Assembly: GCA_002633005.1 (NCBI GenBank)
Contig: NMRA01000092.1
Span: 417,738 to 481,737, forward strand
Source of the DNA: Phoronis australis
Taxonomy: Eukaryota; Animalia; Phoronida
Direction of reading: 5' to 3'
Length of the DNA: 64,000 nt
A program made the position numbers and the translations under genes. Positions 1-12,600 of the stretch are shown piece after piece. The notes beneath the pieces were generated by a model that saw only the letters and a list, made by a program, of their open reading frames with translations, was not told the origin of the DNA and searched no databases. Every line of letters starts with the position of its first letter. The stretch's first letter is position 1.

Positions 1-451
1 TCAATTGTTCGATTACTTTTGTCTTGTAGTGTAGATAAAGATGCACAAATGTCTATCACCATCAGTTACACTGCCATCCTAAGTAGTGACCCAACGAAAT
101 TTTACTTTCACTGCTGCATAGCACAATTATTGACTACTAGGAAACGAGCCTATTACAATGGCTACAAACTAGATGCACAGGAAAACTTTCAATATTATTG
201 AGTCTTTTATACTAGTGGTATACATAAAGCATTTCACAGTGACCGTTTTACCAATCTCTGACTGTGCATGTACATCTCAGGGAAAGAATTAGGGAAGACT
301 GATACTAGCAAGATACATAACTAAAGCTTACATCCCTATATGTATACACTTCACTGTAACTGGCTTACTAAGTTATAGGCATGGGAAGTTTCAACACAGT
401 ACTGACTTCCCACAATTCATTGTGCAGACAACTTCAAAAATGACAACATAC

Positions 452-605
452 CTTTTAGATGGTATTCCATTCTGTGCGTCATGGTAGGCATCACAAATCA
501 ACTGGGAATTCTCACAGTTAATGTGTATTGTTCCCCTATGGTGGGGCAATGGCTCATTACCACTGCTGGGGTTAGCCAGAAAGTTTGGGAGTCCGTTGAC
601 AGCCA
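452..605 (-). CDS. PYROXD2: PYROXD2 exon (VAVNGLPNF...GIPSKR)
   Basis: 154 nt, ttcag|TGG...AG|gtatgt; contains [13 protein letters not shown]. Confidence 0.94.
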
Positions 606-3600
606 CTGAAGAAAGCAATAATTCGCAGTAGAACTTTTGCAAAACAAGAAGCGGATTGTTTTGTTTTGGAAGCGAGATACGTGTGACCTGATGACATAGA
701 TCACAAAGTGAACTGATATTTGACTTGATCTTAAACCTATTACAGGAGGTCGCATACACGTTGTACCAGATGTGCGCAGGCCGGACTATGAGCCCATCGC
801 CCTGACCACCTGGAACCATTTTAAATTTATGCTTTACTGATTGATAGTTAAAACCGAGCTGAGGAGCTAGAGACCGGACTCAAGGGTCTAACACTGTGCA
901 TCAGTGAGACTTTGAACCCATGACCTCAGAGGAAGTGGACACTAATCCCCCCAGGCCACACTGCCTCCACATGGTCTTAAGGTTATGCAGGACTTTACTG
1001 AAAAGTTGGCATATCTACAAAACTATAGATTTTAACTCATTAAAGAATGTATTTTCTCAAAGTAGAAAGGTAGTAGAATTTGAATTTTGACTTTTTATCA
1101 ATCTGTCATTAATTGTATCACGAGATTACGTCTTTTTAGCAAAATTTAGCAAAAAATGAAAAGAAAATTGATAGCAGAACAACAGTATCAACAACATGAT
1201 AAAATTTTATTAGATATAAATGTTTAAGATGAAACCTAAAAATGTTGCAAAACAGCGCATAAAGCATAGTACGCAAAACTTGATAAAGACATGACACTTG
1301 TCGTTTTTTTTGTCGACTATCTTTATTTCATTCTGTACGTATCCTCAGAAAAAAATTTTGACATTCAACAGAACATTGGTAAAGTAACTGACCAAGAGAC
1401 ATGATTAGAAGACGCAAGATATTTTGAAACATACTTGCTTTATTCTCAAGTGGAAATATAATGGCCGTACTACCATCACAGAGCAAAAGCTAGTAACAAT
1501 TTCCAAAGTGGGACATGGCAGGTATGACATACTGCAAAGAATGACAAATGGAGGGGGTAACAGGAAAGTCACGCAAACAAGTGTAGCGTGCGGCGAAACC
1601 CTGTTTGCTGCTCATTCAAAACAGGCTTCTCGAATACAATCAAAGGGGACTCCAATACTTTCAATTGCAGCACATCATGCTCCATGTATCAAATTCACAG
1701 GTTTTCCACTATTTCTTTACAGGTGATTTTATGTTTATGACACTGCAAAAAATCTTCTGAAGGATGCAAACGATAGTCAACAATGACAAGTGTCCTGTCT
1801 TTAACAATTTTTGGATAACAGAAAACATGCTACCCAAGTACAGCAAAGTATCTGAAAGTTTCACATGAATTCAATCAGCCATTTCTGAGATGAGAAGTTA
1901 GCCAACATTTTCTGGGGTCCTACATACCTTAAAGGTGCTACATACCCAGGCCTCCCATCAACAAAAAAATTAGGATAAAACCTCACTTAATATGGCCGAC
2001 AACAGAGGAATTATTTATTTACTTCATAAAAGATAAATAGCACCGATTAAATGTGTCATCTCTTTTTCAATTCTATACCATGTTTTTCACAATGTCAGCA
2101 ATCTTTCAAAATGAAAAAGGCCATTTTTGGTAATTGTTTTGGTTTGAAATTGGAAATTTTATTGAAACTTTTGATTTTGCCACTTGCGATCGTGATTTAC
2201 TGGATTTGGAACAACTGCAGCCACTTCATTATTGTTCTAGGATTTGCCCGGCTAATAACTTGACTGACCCACCACGACATTAGCCATATTCATTGAACCT
2301 GGTCTGTCTCTTCATTCCAGAGATCAACTAACAAAAAGTAATAAACTGAGTTTAGCTTTATTAATGATAGGTGGTCTAAACACAATACATAATTATACTT
2401 CTTGATAAATCTGCTCAATTTCGCTTGGTTTTAACTCGGCCTGTTTCTTTACAAAGAACTTGCTGATGAAAAAATAAGTAACAAAAGGCGAGTGCAAAGT
2501 AACATGTACACAATCGTCATTTTGATCTATTTCTTCTATGACAAAGAGCAAAAACAGATTTCAGGGAAATATCAATTCCTGAAAACACTGTGCAGCGTTT
2601 GCTCAACACTTCCGCAACACTTACATTAAACCATTTTCAACTGGGGCTCATTTCAAATTTGTGGAGTTTGTAAAAACAGTCCAGAAATCATTTCACTAAA
2701 TGTTCATTAAGAGTCTTGTGGCACTTTTCTCAACAGACAAGACCAGCAGATAACTAAGTAATGAAACAATGACTTTTATTTCTTTGAAATTTTATTTCTT
2801 ATCAATAAACAAAACTGTCCAAGATGACACACCTACTAAATATGCACTATTTTCAGTTTGATAATGTCAAAAAACGTGAAACAGCCTGATTATGTATTAC
2901 CTGACTATGTAATTACCATTAATAACACAGGTCAGCCTGATTATGTAATTACCATTAATCTTTGTAACAGGTGACGTGTAATCAATGTGCCGAATTCCAC
3001 TGTGAAAATCCGCTGGAAGCACATCCTGGTAAGAGCGTGAGGTATAATACTTTGGTATTTAGCAATGCATGAACAAATCAGAATGTCACAAACAGTAGAA
3101 AATATCATGTCAGTATGAGAAAAGAGAAGTAAGCTGTTAGTATAAATCACTGCATGGATATGGTAAAAGTATTATAAGCGAATCTTGATTTCAAATTAAA
3201 ATTTTATGCTGGGTAATAGCCATTTACAGAGATCCCACTGTTAGAGAACCAGTTTTCTCCACTGAATAACAGGCATCGAACTGGTTCTCAAAATCTGGGA
3301 CCCCTGTAAGTGACTATTGCCTCACACTGTTCTATATAAAAGTAAGAAACAGGAACTAAAACAATGACACAATTTTGGTAAAATATAAATATTTAAGAAG
3401 TCTTTCAGGTGTAACTGCCTCAACACAAACACGACAGAAACACATGCACGAAAACATGAGGGCCCAGCACTACCAAACATTACTCGAGACTCGATTTGAA
3501 AATTGACAAGTCACACCGTGTAATATTTGAAAATTTGCTAATGAAGTGTGTCACGTAATTGATTTTAAAATTTAAAGGAAATTAAAATTTTTGAGTTTGT

Positions 3601-6600
3601 TGAGTCCCGAGCCCAGAATGTAAACACCATCCAGAAGAAAAATGAGCAATCAAAACCAAACCGAGACATCATGCACAAGAATTTTTGTGAAACCCTCTCC
3701 AATGCTTTTTAGGTACTCTACCACATGCAGTTAGACTTTTCAAAATTTAGAACACATATGGTGGTAGGGAAAAAATTTATTTCATCAAATTTTTCACCAA
3801 AAGAGAATATTAAGAAAATTTCAGTCTTCTAGTAATACCATTTGAATCATGCTAGCCTCATCGAGCATCTAGAAAATATTTGAATAATGAAAAACAGTAA
3901 TTTGGGTGATAACTTTTTAGCTCAAATTGGTAAATTTTATTGTTCGCATTGGTGGCCCGACTGTATGAGGTAAAAGCGTACCATCTGACCACCGTGCACT
4001 ACAGAGTCACATGATCATCCTTAAGTTCAAACATTCATTGGTCTGAAGATCTTTTGGTCTCAAATCAGAACAAACACTTAGGGACAACACATTCTGTATA
4101 ACAAATCGTCAGAATAACGAACTTTCCAAGCAACGTGCGGGCCTTCTAAACAATAGCTGTTCATAGAAATGGACTTTTGAAATAATGGGAAAATCGGCTG
4201 ACCATAAGACCAAAGACCCACTACCTAACGGACCCCCTAACTAATATTTGTTTGAACAGGTAGATCTAAAAATATAGATCATTGGGGGTAAACGAATCCA
4301 GTTTGTACCCATAGACCTTCCACCAAACGTACATTTAGACCAATAAAACAAAAATTTCGATTTTGCCTATCACAATAAAAATAAATTCTGTAAAAAGTTC
4401 TGAACTGAATCAAGTTAATTCTTCTAGTTGCCTTGGGGTGGCACTAATATGCTGCTCATTTGGGAATGTCAGGAGTAGACTGACATTGCTTTTAGTTCTA
4501 TAAGTTTTAATTGCCTGTTCTATTTGTTTACTAGCCGTTAGCACTTAGCTGACATGACCTATGAGGTCAAGTCAGTGACATCGTAATGGTTTACAACAGA
4601 ATACTTGAGAACATTGTCGTAGGTTCCAGCATATTTGTGACTGATAAATAACCCTGGCCTGGACTATTCTAGAGCCTAGTAAATATTTGTAGAATGATTG
4701 AGTAGATTCCAGAAAGTCTTGAGAACACTGCAACAGGTTACAAATACTGAGGTACAAGTTAGCAACAGTTAGTTCCAGAATCAGCAGTATAGAATTAGTA
4801 ATTACCGAATCAATAGTGAGTTAGCTACGAGACAGTGAGTCATTGCAATCATAATTGAATCCGAGTGTGACAGCTTGTTGCTGAAATTTCACCGCAAGTC
4901 AAGACTTCGCAGCACACGACTGGAGCATTAGAGCCGACATTATATAAGATGCTTTGGTTGAGTAAGCTGGTTAAGTTCGGTCGATATCAATAAAGTAATT
5001 TAAAGTGATTTAACTTAAACAAGTCTTCAGTTTGTCAGCACATGGAATGCTATTGACACACTGTGCCCACCGGCATTCATGGGAAGATGTGACAGGGATG
5101 TTAAAGTGTTTCAGCTTGAAGTTAGAGATCTTTAGGCTTCCAAAACGATGCCCAATCAAACTTTGACACCTGTGGTCAGTACTTTTTCACTACATCACGG
5201 AATATTAACAGAAAGCAACACTCAAAACCAGAAGAACTCACCCTTTCAATTCGACCTGAAATGAACTGTAACATCAATGCAGGCCAGGCTATCCGATAGA
5301 CATCAATGAAAAAACATTGCATATAATACAGTGGAAGCTAGCCTGGAAGTACAGTACCACAAACTGACCAATAATGGAGTAAAAACTTTTACCAGTCCTG
5401 GCATGATTTGACACATTGAAATGTAAAAATCTACTCATTCAATAACAACCGTTAAAAAGTTTTGAAACATAACTGAATGTTTTATGTACTCAGCACCTGT
5501 GAAAAAAATAATTTTTGTTTAAAACCTCTCGACGCTGAAATAGGGACCTCAATCCATTCACTAATAACGAGAAGGGTTTCTGGGCTTAAAAAAGTGACAC
5601 TGTATTATTGTTTGCAAGAAGGCTCAGTATGTTGGCTTTACGGAATTTTTCATGATATACATTGGGCTGAACAATAAGCCAGTTCTGTCTCTGACGAAGC
5701 ACTAGTTGGTTATTGGCCATTATGCTACCATCAAGTAAAATGATGAGCAAGGACAAGCCAACATATTAGACATTGCCTTGAGCAAAAATAAACTGTTAAG
5801 AATTCCCAAACTCAGGGGTCTGTTTCAAAAAGTGACTTAAGACTCAAGTCAGACTTATGCTCCACACAACTATTTCAGAAAAATAAGTGAACCTCACTTG
5901 AGCAAAAGTGTGAAGTCCCAGAGACTGTACAGATAGCTGCTAGTTACTGACATAACTTCCATAAATTATTTCCAGATTGTGATGCATCTACAATTCCTTG
6001 ACTAAATCATTTTTCAGCAGTTAATTGTGAAGTCTGAATTTAAGACCAAACTTCTGTCTTAATCATGTTAAGAAGTTGTACTTGTAGCATACAGCCTAAG
6101 CCACTGACAACAGAAAAAATCAACTACATGACAAAGACAAGCAGTGTGTACACTTAAGTCACACTTATAGGTTTCAACTATTAGTACAATGACAGCTGAC
6201 TGGCATACCTTCTCCAAGAGATCCAGAAATGTGACTTTTGGTGTAGCATTTGACAGGACTATTTTTGACCGAATCTCAGATCCATCATCTAAAGCAACAC
6301 CAGTTGCCTGTCCATTGCTGTTAGTCATAATATTGCTAACATTCTGGAAAAGACCAGCCATACATCACGTAAAAGGCCACAGTAAACATTAGGAGAAAGT
6401 TACATATTGGGCCATGTTTGAAAACCATTAAAAAACTACTGATGGCAAACTTGCTTACGTCGTTGGAGGAATTCATCAGTTTCAAGAGATTTAACATTCT
6501 GAATTACTATTTTAAATTGCATACAAACACACTATGATCATAATTTCTATAATGACTTTCGCGGTAGGCACAATTTGAAGTAAGCCACTTTTTAACATTC

Positions 6601-9600
6601 AAAATGGCAACTTGCCGAGCAAAAAGACTAATATAATGCAACTCAGAGCACAACTGCAATTAATGGCAGTCGATCAAGAAGGAGAAGGAAAATTTGTTCC
6701 CACTCCAAAAATAAACATAAGTCTCAAACACTTTTAACAGCGCCTGTTTTTAACTCCTCGCAAAATGAATATTGTGAGACACTTATTATTTTCAAAGCAA
6801 TTCATGTCACAGCATTTGCACATCGCATACATCACAAGACTCATACCATCTGCGTGAAGATGCTGGCCCCATGTGATGCTGCTGAGCGAGCAATAGCCTC
6901 CGATACGGCCCCCATGCCACCTTCAGCATAGCCCCAGGCTCCTTTGATGCCCTCAAGCTCTCCCATCACATGATGCAGAAGCACATATCTGAAGAAGAAG
7001 CAGTATAGCTATGTCTACCAAGTACACATCTGGAGTAGAAGCAGTATAGCTATGTCTACCACGTACATATCTGGAGCAGCAGCAGTATAGCTATGTCTAC
7101 CACGTACATCATATCTGGAGTAGAAGCAGTATAGCTATGTCAACCAAGTACGCATCTGGAGTAGAAGCAGTATAGCTATGTCTACCAAGTACACATCTGG
7201 AGAACCAGCAGTATAGCTATGTCTACCAAGTACATATCTGGAGTAGAAGCAGTATAGCTATGTCTGCCAAGTACACATCTGGAGTACCAGCAGTATTGCT
7301 ATGTGTACTAGGTACATTTCTGAAACAGCAGCAGTATAGTAACCTCTACCAGAATCTTTTAAAAAAATAATGAACTCTCTCCCTGCAATTCTACCCAAAA
7401 CTGAATCAGTCATCTGCTACATTGTACTTCCACTGAGTAACAAAACATTCTTTAGCTGTAACAGTTGCTCAATGTCACAAAATGGACTCTGTTGTTCCTG
7501 TTTAAATTTTTCCAAATAGTTCTTTAAGGACTATCTGAGTGGCTATAAACCCACATTCTGTCCAAGAAATGAACTTTTGATTTAGACCACTTACTGCCAT
7601 AGCTGCCTTAGATGAAAAGTATTTCCCCCGAGTCTAAAAAGAAGTAACTGTTCATATGCATTGAGACCATGCATGCACGGCATGACAAGCCAACAGGTAG
7701 GAAGCCATGAAATCACCTCCACTTTGACTGAGAAACAAAAAGAGACCGATTTTATAACGAAAGTGATCCAAATCAATAGTTGCAACCAAACCTGGACAGA
7801 GTACTTTTTGTGCACTGTCCAGGGAACTTATTAATTATAGCTTTTATCATTATTAATACCTGGATAAAATTATGCTGGGACTGAAAATAGCCATGCAATC
7901 TCCTTTTGACGTAATAAACACTCTTTACATTACTGTGTCTAATGGGGTTTGATTATGAGCCAAGCCCAAAACTACCAAACTTAACTTTACACTCTTGGAA
8001 ACTGACCAAACTAATCATATGGAATGCCAAACCATGCCAGACAATTTTCTAATTTTTAAACAAGCCTCATTGAGAAAAGGAATATGAAAACCATTTCTTG
8101 AAACTGAAAGGGTAAAGACGGAGTTGAAAAATACTGATCAATGTCACATTATAATGTGATTTGTTACTGCCAAGGTACTTTGCAATGAATTCGTGAACAT
8201 ATGCCATTTGTGAGCAAATGCATTATAAAAACCACTGGAGCTTGTTCAGCATGAACTGGTATACAAACCCACTTCCAGGCATATCGGGGCTGGTCATGGC
8301 ACCAATCACTGAATCTGTGGCAAGCGTGGCTTTCAGTGGCTCAGACTCAAACCACTTATCAAGGATCTTGGATGCTGGAGCTGTCATCAGCTCATAGAAC
8401 AGACTAACGTCGGCACCAATTCTCTGTACTGGACAAAACACAAGGAGTCGGTAGAACCATAGATTCGCAATTTCCCTAAATCTTGCACACTCATATTTAA
8501 AGATTAATTTTTCTTCAAAAATTAAAATGTCCAACAGGAGGAGCCACCCTAATCAAATCCGTTAAAAATGGACTCGTACCGGTATTCCCACCAAATATGT
8601 CTGTGTAAAGTTTTGGCAAAATTCGTCAAGTAGTTTCCCCAAAAGCTGAGGGAAAAGGAATTTTTTGTCAAAAACCGGTCGGAGGCAGATATCTTTTCGG
8701 ACTAATATTCATTAGGTCACGTGACTAGATAAAGAAGATGGCAGATTGAACGGGATAAACTACTTGCAACATATTCCACGCCTCACTGAAAAAGATGATA
8801 TTTACAAAAACTAAAATTGCCAACAGAGATAGTTGAATGTATATGAACACTGAATTGTGCAGGCGCATTCCTAACATATTTCATCATGACCCATCACGCA
8901 GTTTTCGAAAAAAATTGAACCATGAGACACTAACCATATGGGGCTGCGAAACTTTTTGTGGGCGCATAATAAAAAATGAAGAAAGGGCGCACTGGCTGCC
9001 CACTATCTTGAAAATGTCATCTTCAGTGTATAGTGCATGTACCCAAGATAACTACTTCAGAAAAATGCTCAAAGCAGGCTTGAATTGAAGCCGATTCACA
9101 AAAGACACATACAGGGACATGATAAGTTTTACAGTCAAAAATTGTATCTTTGAAATTACTGTTTCTCACCAAAGACCTCTTAAAGTTATTTGCTTTCACC
9201 AGAAGTAGAAAATAACAAAATCCCTTGTCGGTGCTTTTGTGTTAAATCAACAATTCCCACCATTGTCTGCTGACCTTTGCTGAAATCCAGGCTGATATCT
9301 TTACCACTTAAACGCTAAAATGTTCTGCTAATTAACACGCGGAATTTGGCTTAGAGGTAAAGCGTTCGATTGCTACAGCAGGGCTAGCTTGCTCGATTCC
9401 ACGCTACTGCTAATTTTAGTAAAATTACTTTTCTCCCTTTCAAACAACAGAATGTGAGCAATTTATATAATCACAGTAAAACTTACAACTCTTTCCAAGA
9501 GCCATGAACGATGGAATTTCTTTTATTTTATCCCTGAACTTGGCCGATGACATCAGGTGCGGAACATAAGGAGGCAGGCTGTCCAGCAGTGGTTCTATGG

Positions 9601-12600
9601 CATTGGCAATATTGTCCAAGTGATGCTCATACTTCTCAAACATCTGCAGTGACCAAATTTCATTAATGACATTAAGGTCCAAGATGAACTCTCAAAAACA
9701 ATAACTACAGCCTTATAAGTTATCATTTTGTTTTTGTTTCATGCAACTTTACATTTTTCACAATAATCAAAAAAGTCATATTTTTTAAAGTCACTTATTA
9801 ATAAGCAAAAGGGGACCAGTTTGAAAACAATCTCTGCAGCGCTTTGGAGAACAATGCATAAACCATAGTATCTGAAAGTTTCATTGAATCCAATACCTAT
9901 CGTCACTCCCACCATCATCACTATCACCATGACCAACATACCTCCAGTTAGCATGTTATCATCATGCTCTGAACGCGATAATTCATATAAAGCGAGATTA
10001 CCTCTGCATCTCGTGTTGAAAACTGAGCAATCTGCCGTTTGTTCTCTTCTTTGTTGCGTCCCAGTAACAATGAGCGAGGCCTGCCTGTTTTCACATCAGG
10101 AGCTTCCAACAATGGTGTATAGGAATTGGGATCACGCAAATAAATTTTCAAACCATGTTTCTAGAAATAATTCAATCAAAAGACATAGACTCTAATAGAA
10201 AACACTGCATAACAAGCTTCACTTCTAACCAGAAATGATCTAAAAGACTGCATTAGCATCAGTTTGCTGAAGACAAATTTTCTCCACATTGGTCAATGCA
10301 ATAGTCACTTCTTCAGGACCACTGGCGCATCTAGAAAGTTGCAACGGTTACCACAATTTTTTGAATAAGCCCTAAAAATGGCATGTCAACAGAGTTTTTA
10401 TTCGAAAATGTCTGTGGGGGTCCGGCCTCCTGGCCCTCCAAAGTCCACCAATGAGTACAAGATGATTGCGTGTCCATAATTCTAAAACAATTAGGAACAT
10501 GTAATGACTATACATAAATCAAGTTTGGTAAAAACTCCTTTAATAGTTTCTAAAAATTAAGAGTCAATGTCGTTAAAGCAGCAAGTTAGCGTTAAATGAT
10601 TCAGAATTCTCGCCTTCCAAACTGATGGCTCTCCCATCACGTGAGGTACGAAATAGCGGCATGCCTTCGGATATGGCAGGCAGGTCAGCAGCCTCGCTTT
10701 CGCACTTATGGAGATTCACACGTTAGCATCTGTCGTCTGAATACTTTATATTTTATACCGTACTTTAGGCATACCAGGACAGCATTACTGCTGTGCCATG
10801 GGCTGCAATGCTGATTCAAGGAAGTGGGATAAACTGGATAAATATACATGGATGCGGTATGTCACATTTCACCCTTTCCCAACGGTTCTGAAGGACAAAA
10901 GACAGCAAAGCCCGTCGTGCGTACAACGCCACCGTTGTACAATCAATATAATCTTACCTCACGGCCGCTGAGAAAAGCGGGAGTTCGAAATACGGGAATT
11001 GCAAGGTTCAGAGGATTTTTTGATTGTGCAGTTGTTCATTTCCTTAAAAAATCGAATTCATGTTGAAAGAGCATCACCTAGGAATGAGTTTTGTTTTGGC
11101 TAAATTGACTAGAATCAATCACGAAATACAAGGGAGAGAAAGTGTTTGAAGTGACTACACATTGGCCTGTAGTCACACATACTAAATTTTAATTTAGACT
11201 GCAGCTATGAAATCAATTTCAAAGTTTTCCTCAGTCAAATCGGAGGTGATTTCTCAGCTCGAAAAAGACTGGCAGTTAATGTTACTGTTTCAGACCCCAC
11301 AAGTTCAATTTATGGATTGAGTATCGTCTCGGGCAAGACAGAAAGCACTTCTTAGCTGAATTAAGAGCGAAAAGTTATTGTCTCTGATAGAATGTACTAC
11401 TAGGTTCATAGAAGCTTTATGGAAAATTTATTAAAATACCTTCAGTTCAAGGTCTTTGATAATTTGAGGGCGGAGCAAGCTCAGCAAGTATGAAGCTCTA
11501 GAGAACTTGAATCCGGGTACAATTTCTTCTGTGGAAGCAGCTCCACCAATCACGTGGCGTCTTTCAAGGACACAAGTATTGACTCCAGATTTTTGCAAGT
11601 AAGCAGCCTAGAGAAAATAAACAATAATTTTATCAAAAACGTACAATAAGGAAAACACAATAGGAACAAGGGTTCTCGAGATTGTTATAGAACTCGAACA
11701 CAAGTGTATTATTACGATATGTACATTGAAGATTTACAGTGTTCAGCATTTTGAACTGAATCTCTGTTTGACTGCCTATTACGCAGTTTGGATATTGTCT
11801 GTGCACACTTTGCATAAACACAAATGAATTGGTGTAACTCAGGAGCAGTGCCTCTCTAGTGCAGAGTTTGTTGAAAACGATATGACAAAGATTACTGGAC
11901 AATTTCTTCACACATTTTTCGTATTGTCTAAAAATACTCATTGTGTGCGGATCCCATATGTGTAATAGCTTCCTGTTCTTTTAACTATGTCACTCAGGGA
12001 TCTTACACAGATGCAATTCGCACACAAGGAGTACATTTAGACAATACGAAAAATGTACAAAGAAATTGCCCAGTAATCGTTGTCTTATCGTTTTCAACAA
12101 ATGAATTGATGCAGAACTTGTTTTACTAAAAGCCAAAAAGAAGAGCAATTAAAGAGAAACACTTACTGCAACCAAACCATTGTGACCTGCAAGTAGACAT
12201 TAATTTGTCCATTAATTCTGACATATTACCTTGCTTCACTGCAACTGCTTACACAATTAAAAATGAAATGGGCAATTTGCACAAAAATTGAACTCTAATG
12301 TTACTCAGTCACAGGTCATCGTGCAGATGTATATAGACCAGAGATCATCGTTATGCTTTCTAGACTGTATTTCTATTCAACTGAAAGGCAAAATAAAATA
12401 ATTTGCAAAACAAAAATTCAAATACACTCAAGGGTGAACTCTCATTCAGGATGATCAACCCAAAATTAAAATTACAATACGTTTAAATTTGCTTTTTGTT
12501 ACCTTTAAGACTCATAAAACCAATGCTATCCATGTTTCCATTCAAACAGAAAAACAGCAAACATTTAGTTCATTTCCACTATTCACATTCCGCTACTCTA

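Noticed and set aside
4415-5045. Solo LTR in a PYROXD2 intron
   Set aside because: Composition and an AATAAA near a ...CA end are suggestive, but I found no clear TG start, TSD or second copy.
6983-7350. 41-bp repeats as a CRISPR array
   Set aside because: The units are contiguous with no unique spacers, there are no cas genes, and the context is a eukaryotic intron.
9338-9412. tRNA-like segment on the + strand (TGGCTTAGAGG...GCTCGATTCC)
   Set aside because: Boxes are degenerate and there are no consistent stems; at most a decayed SINE head.
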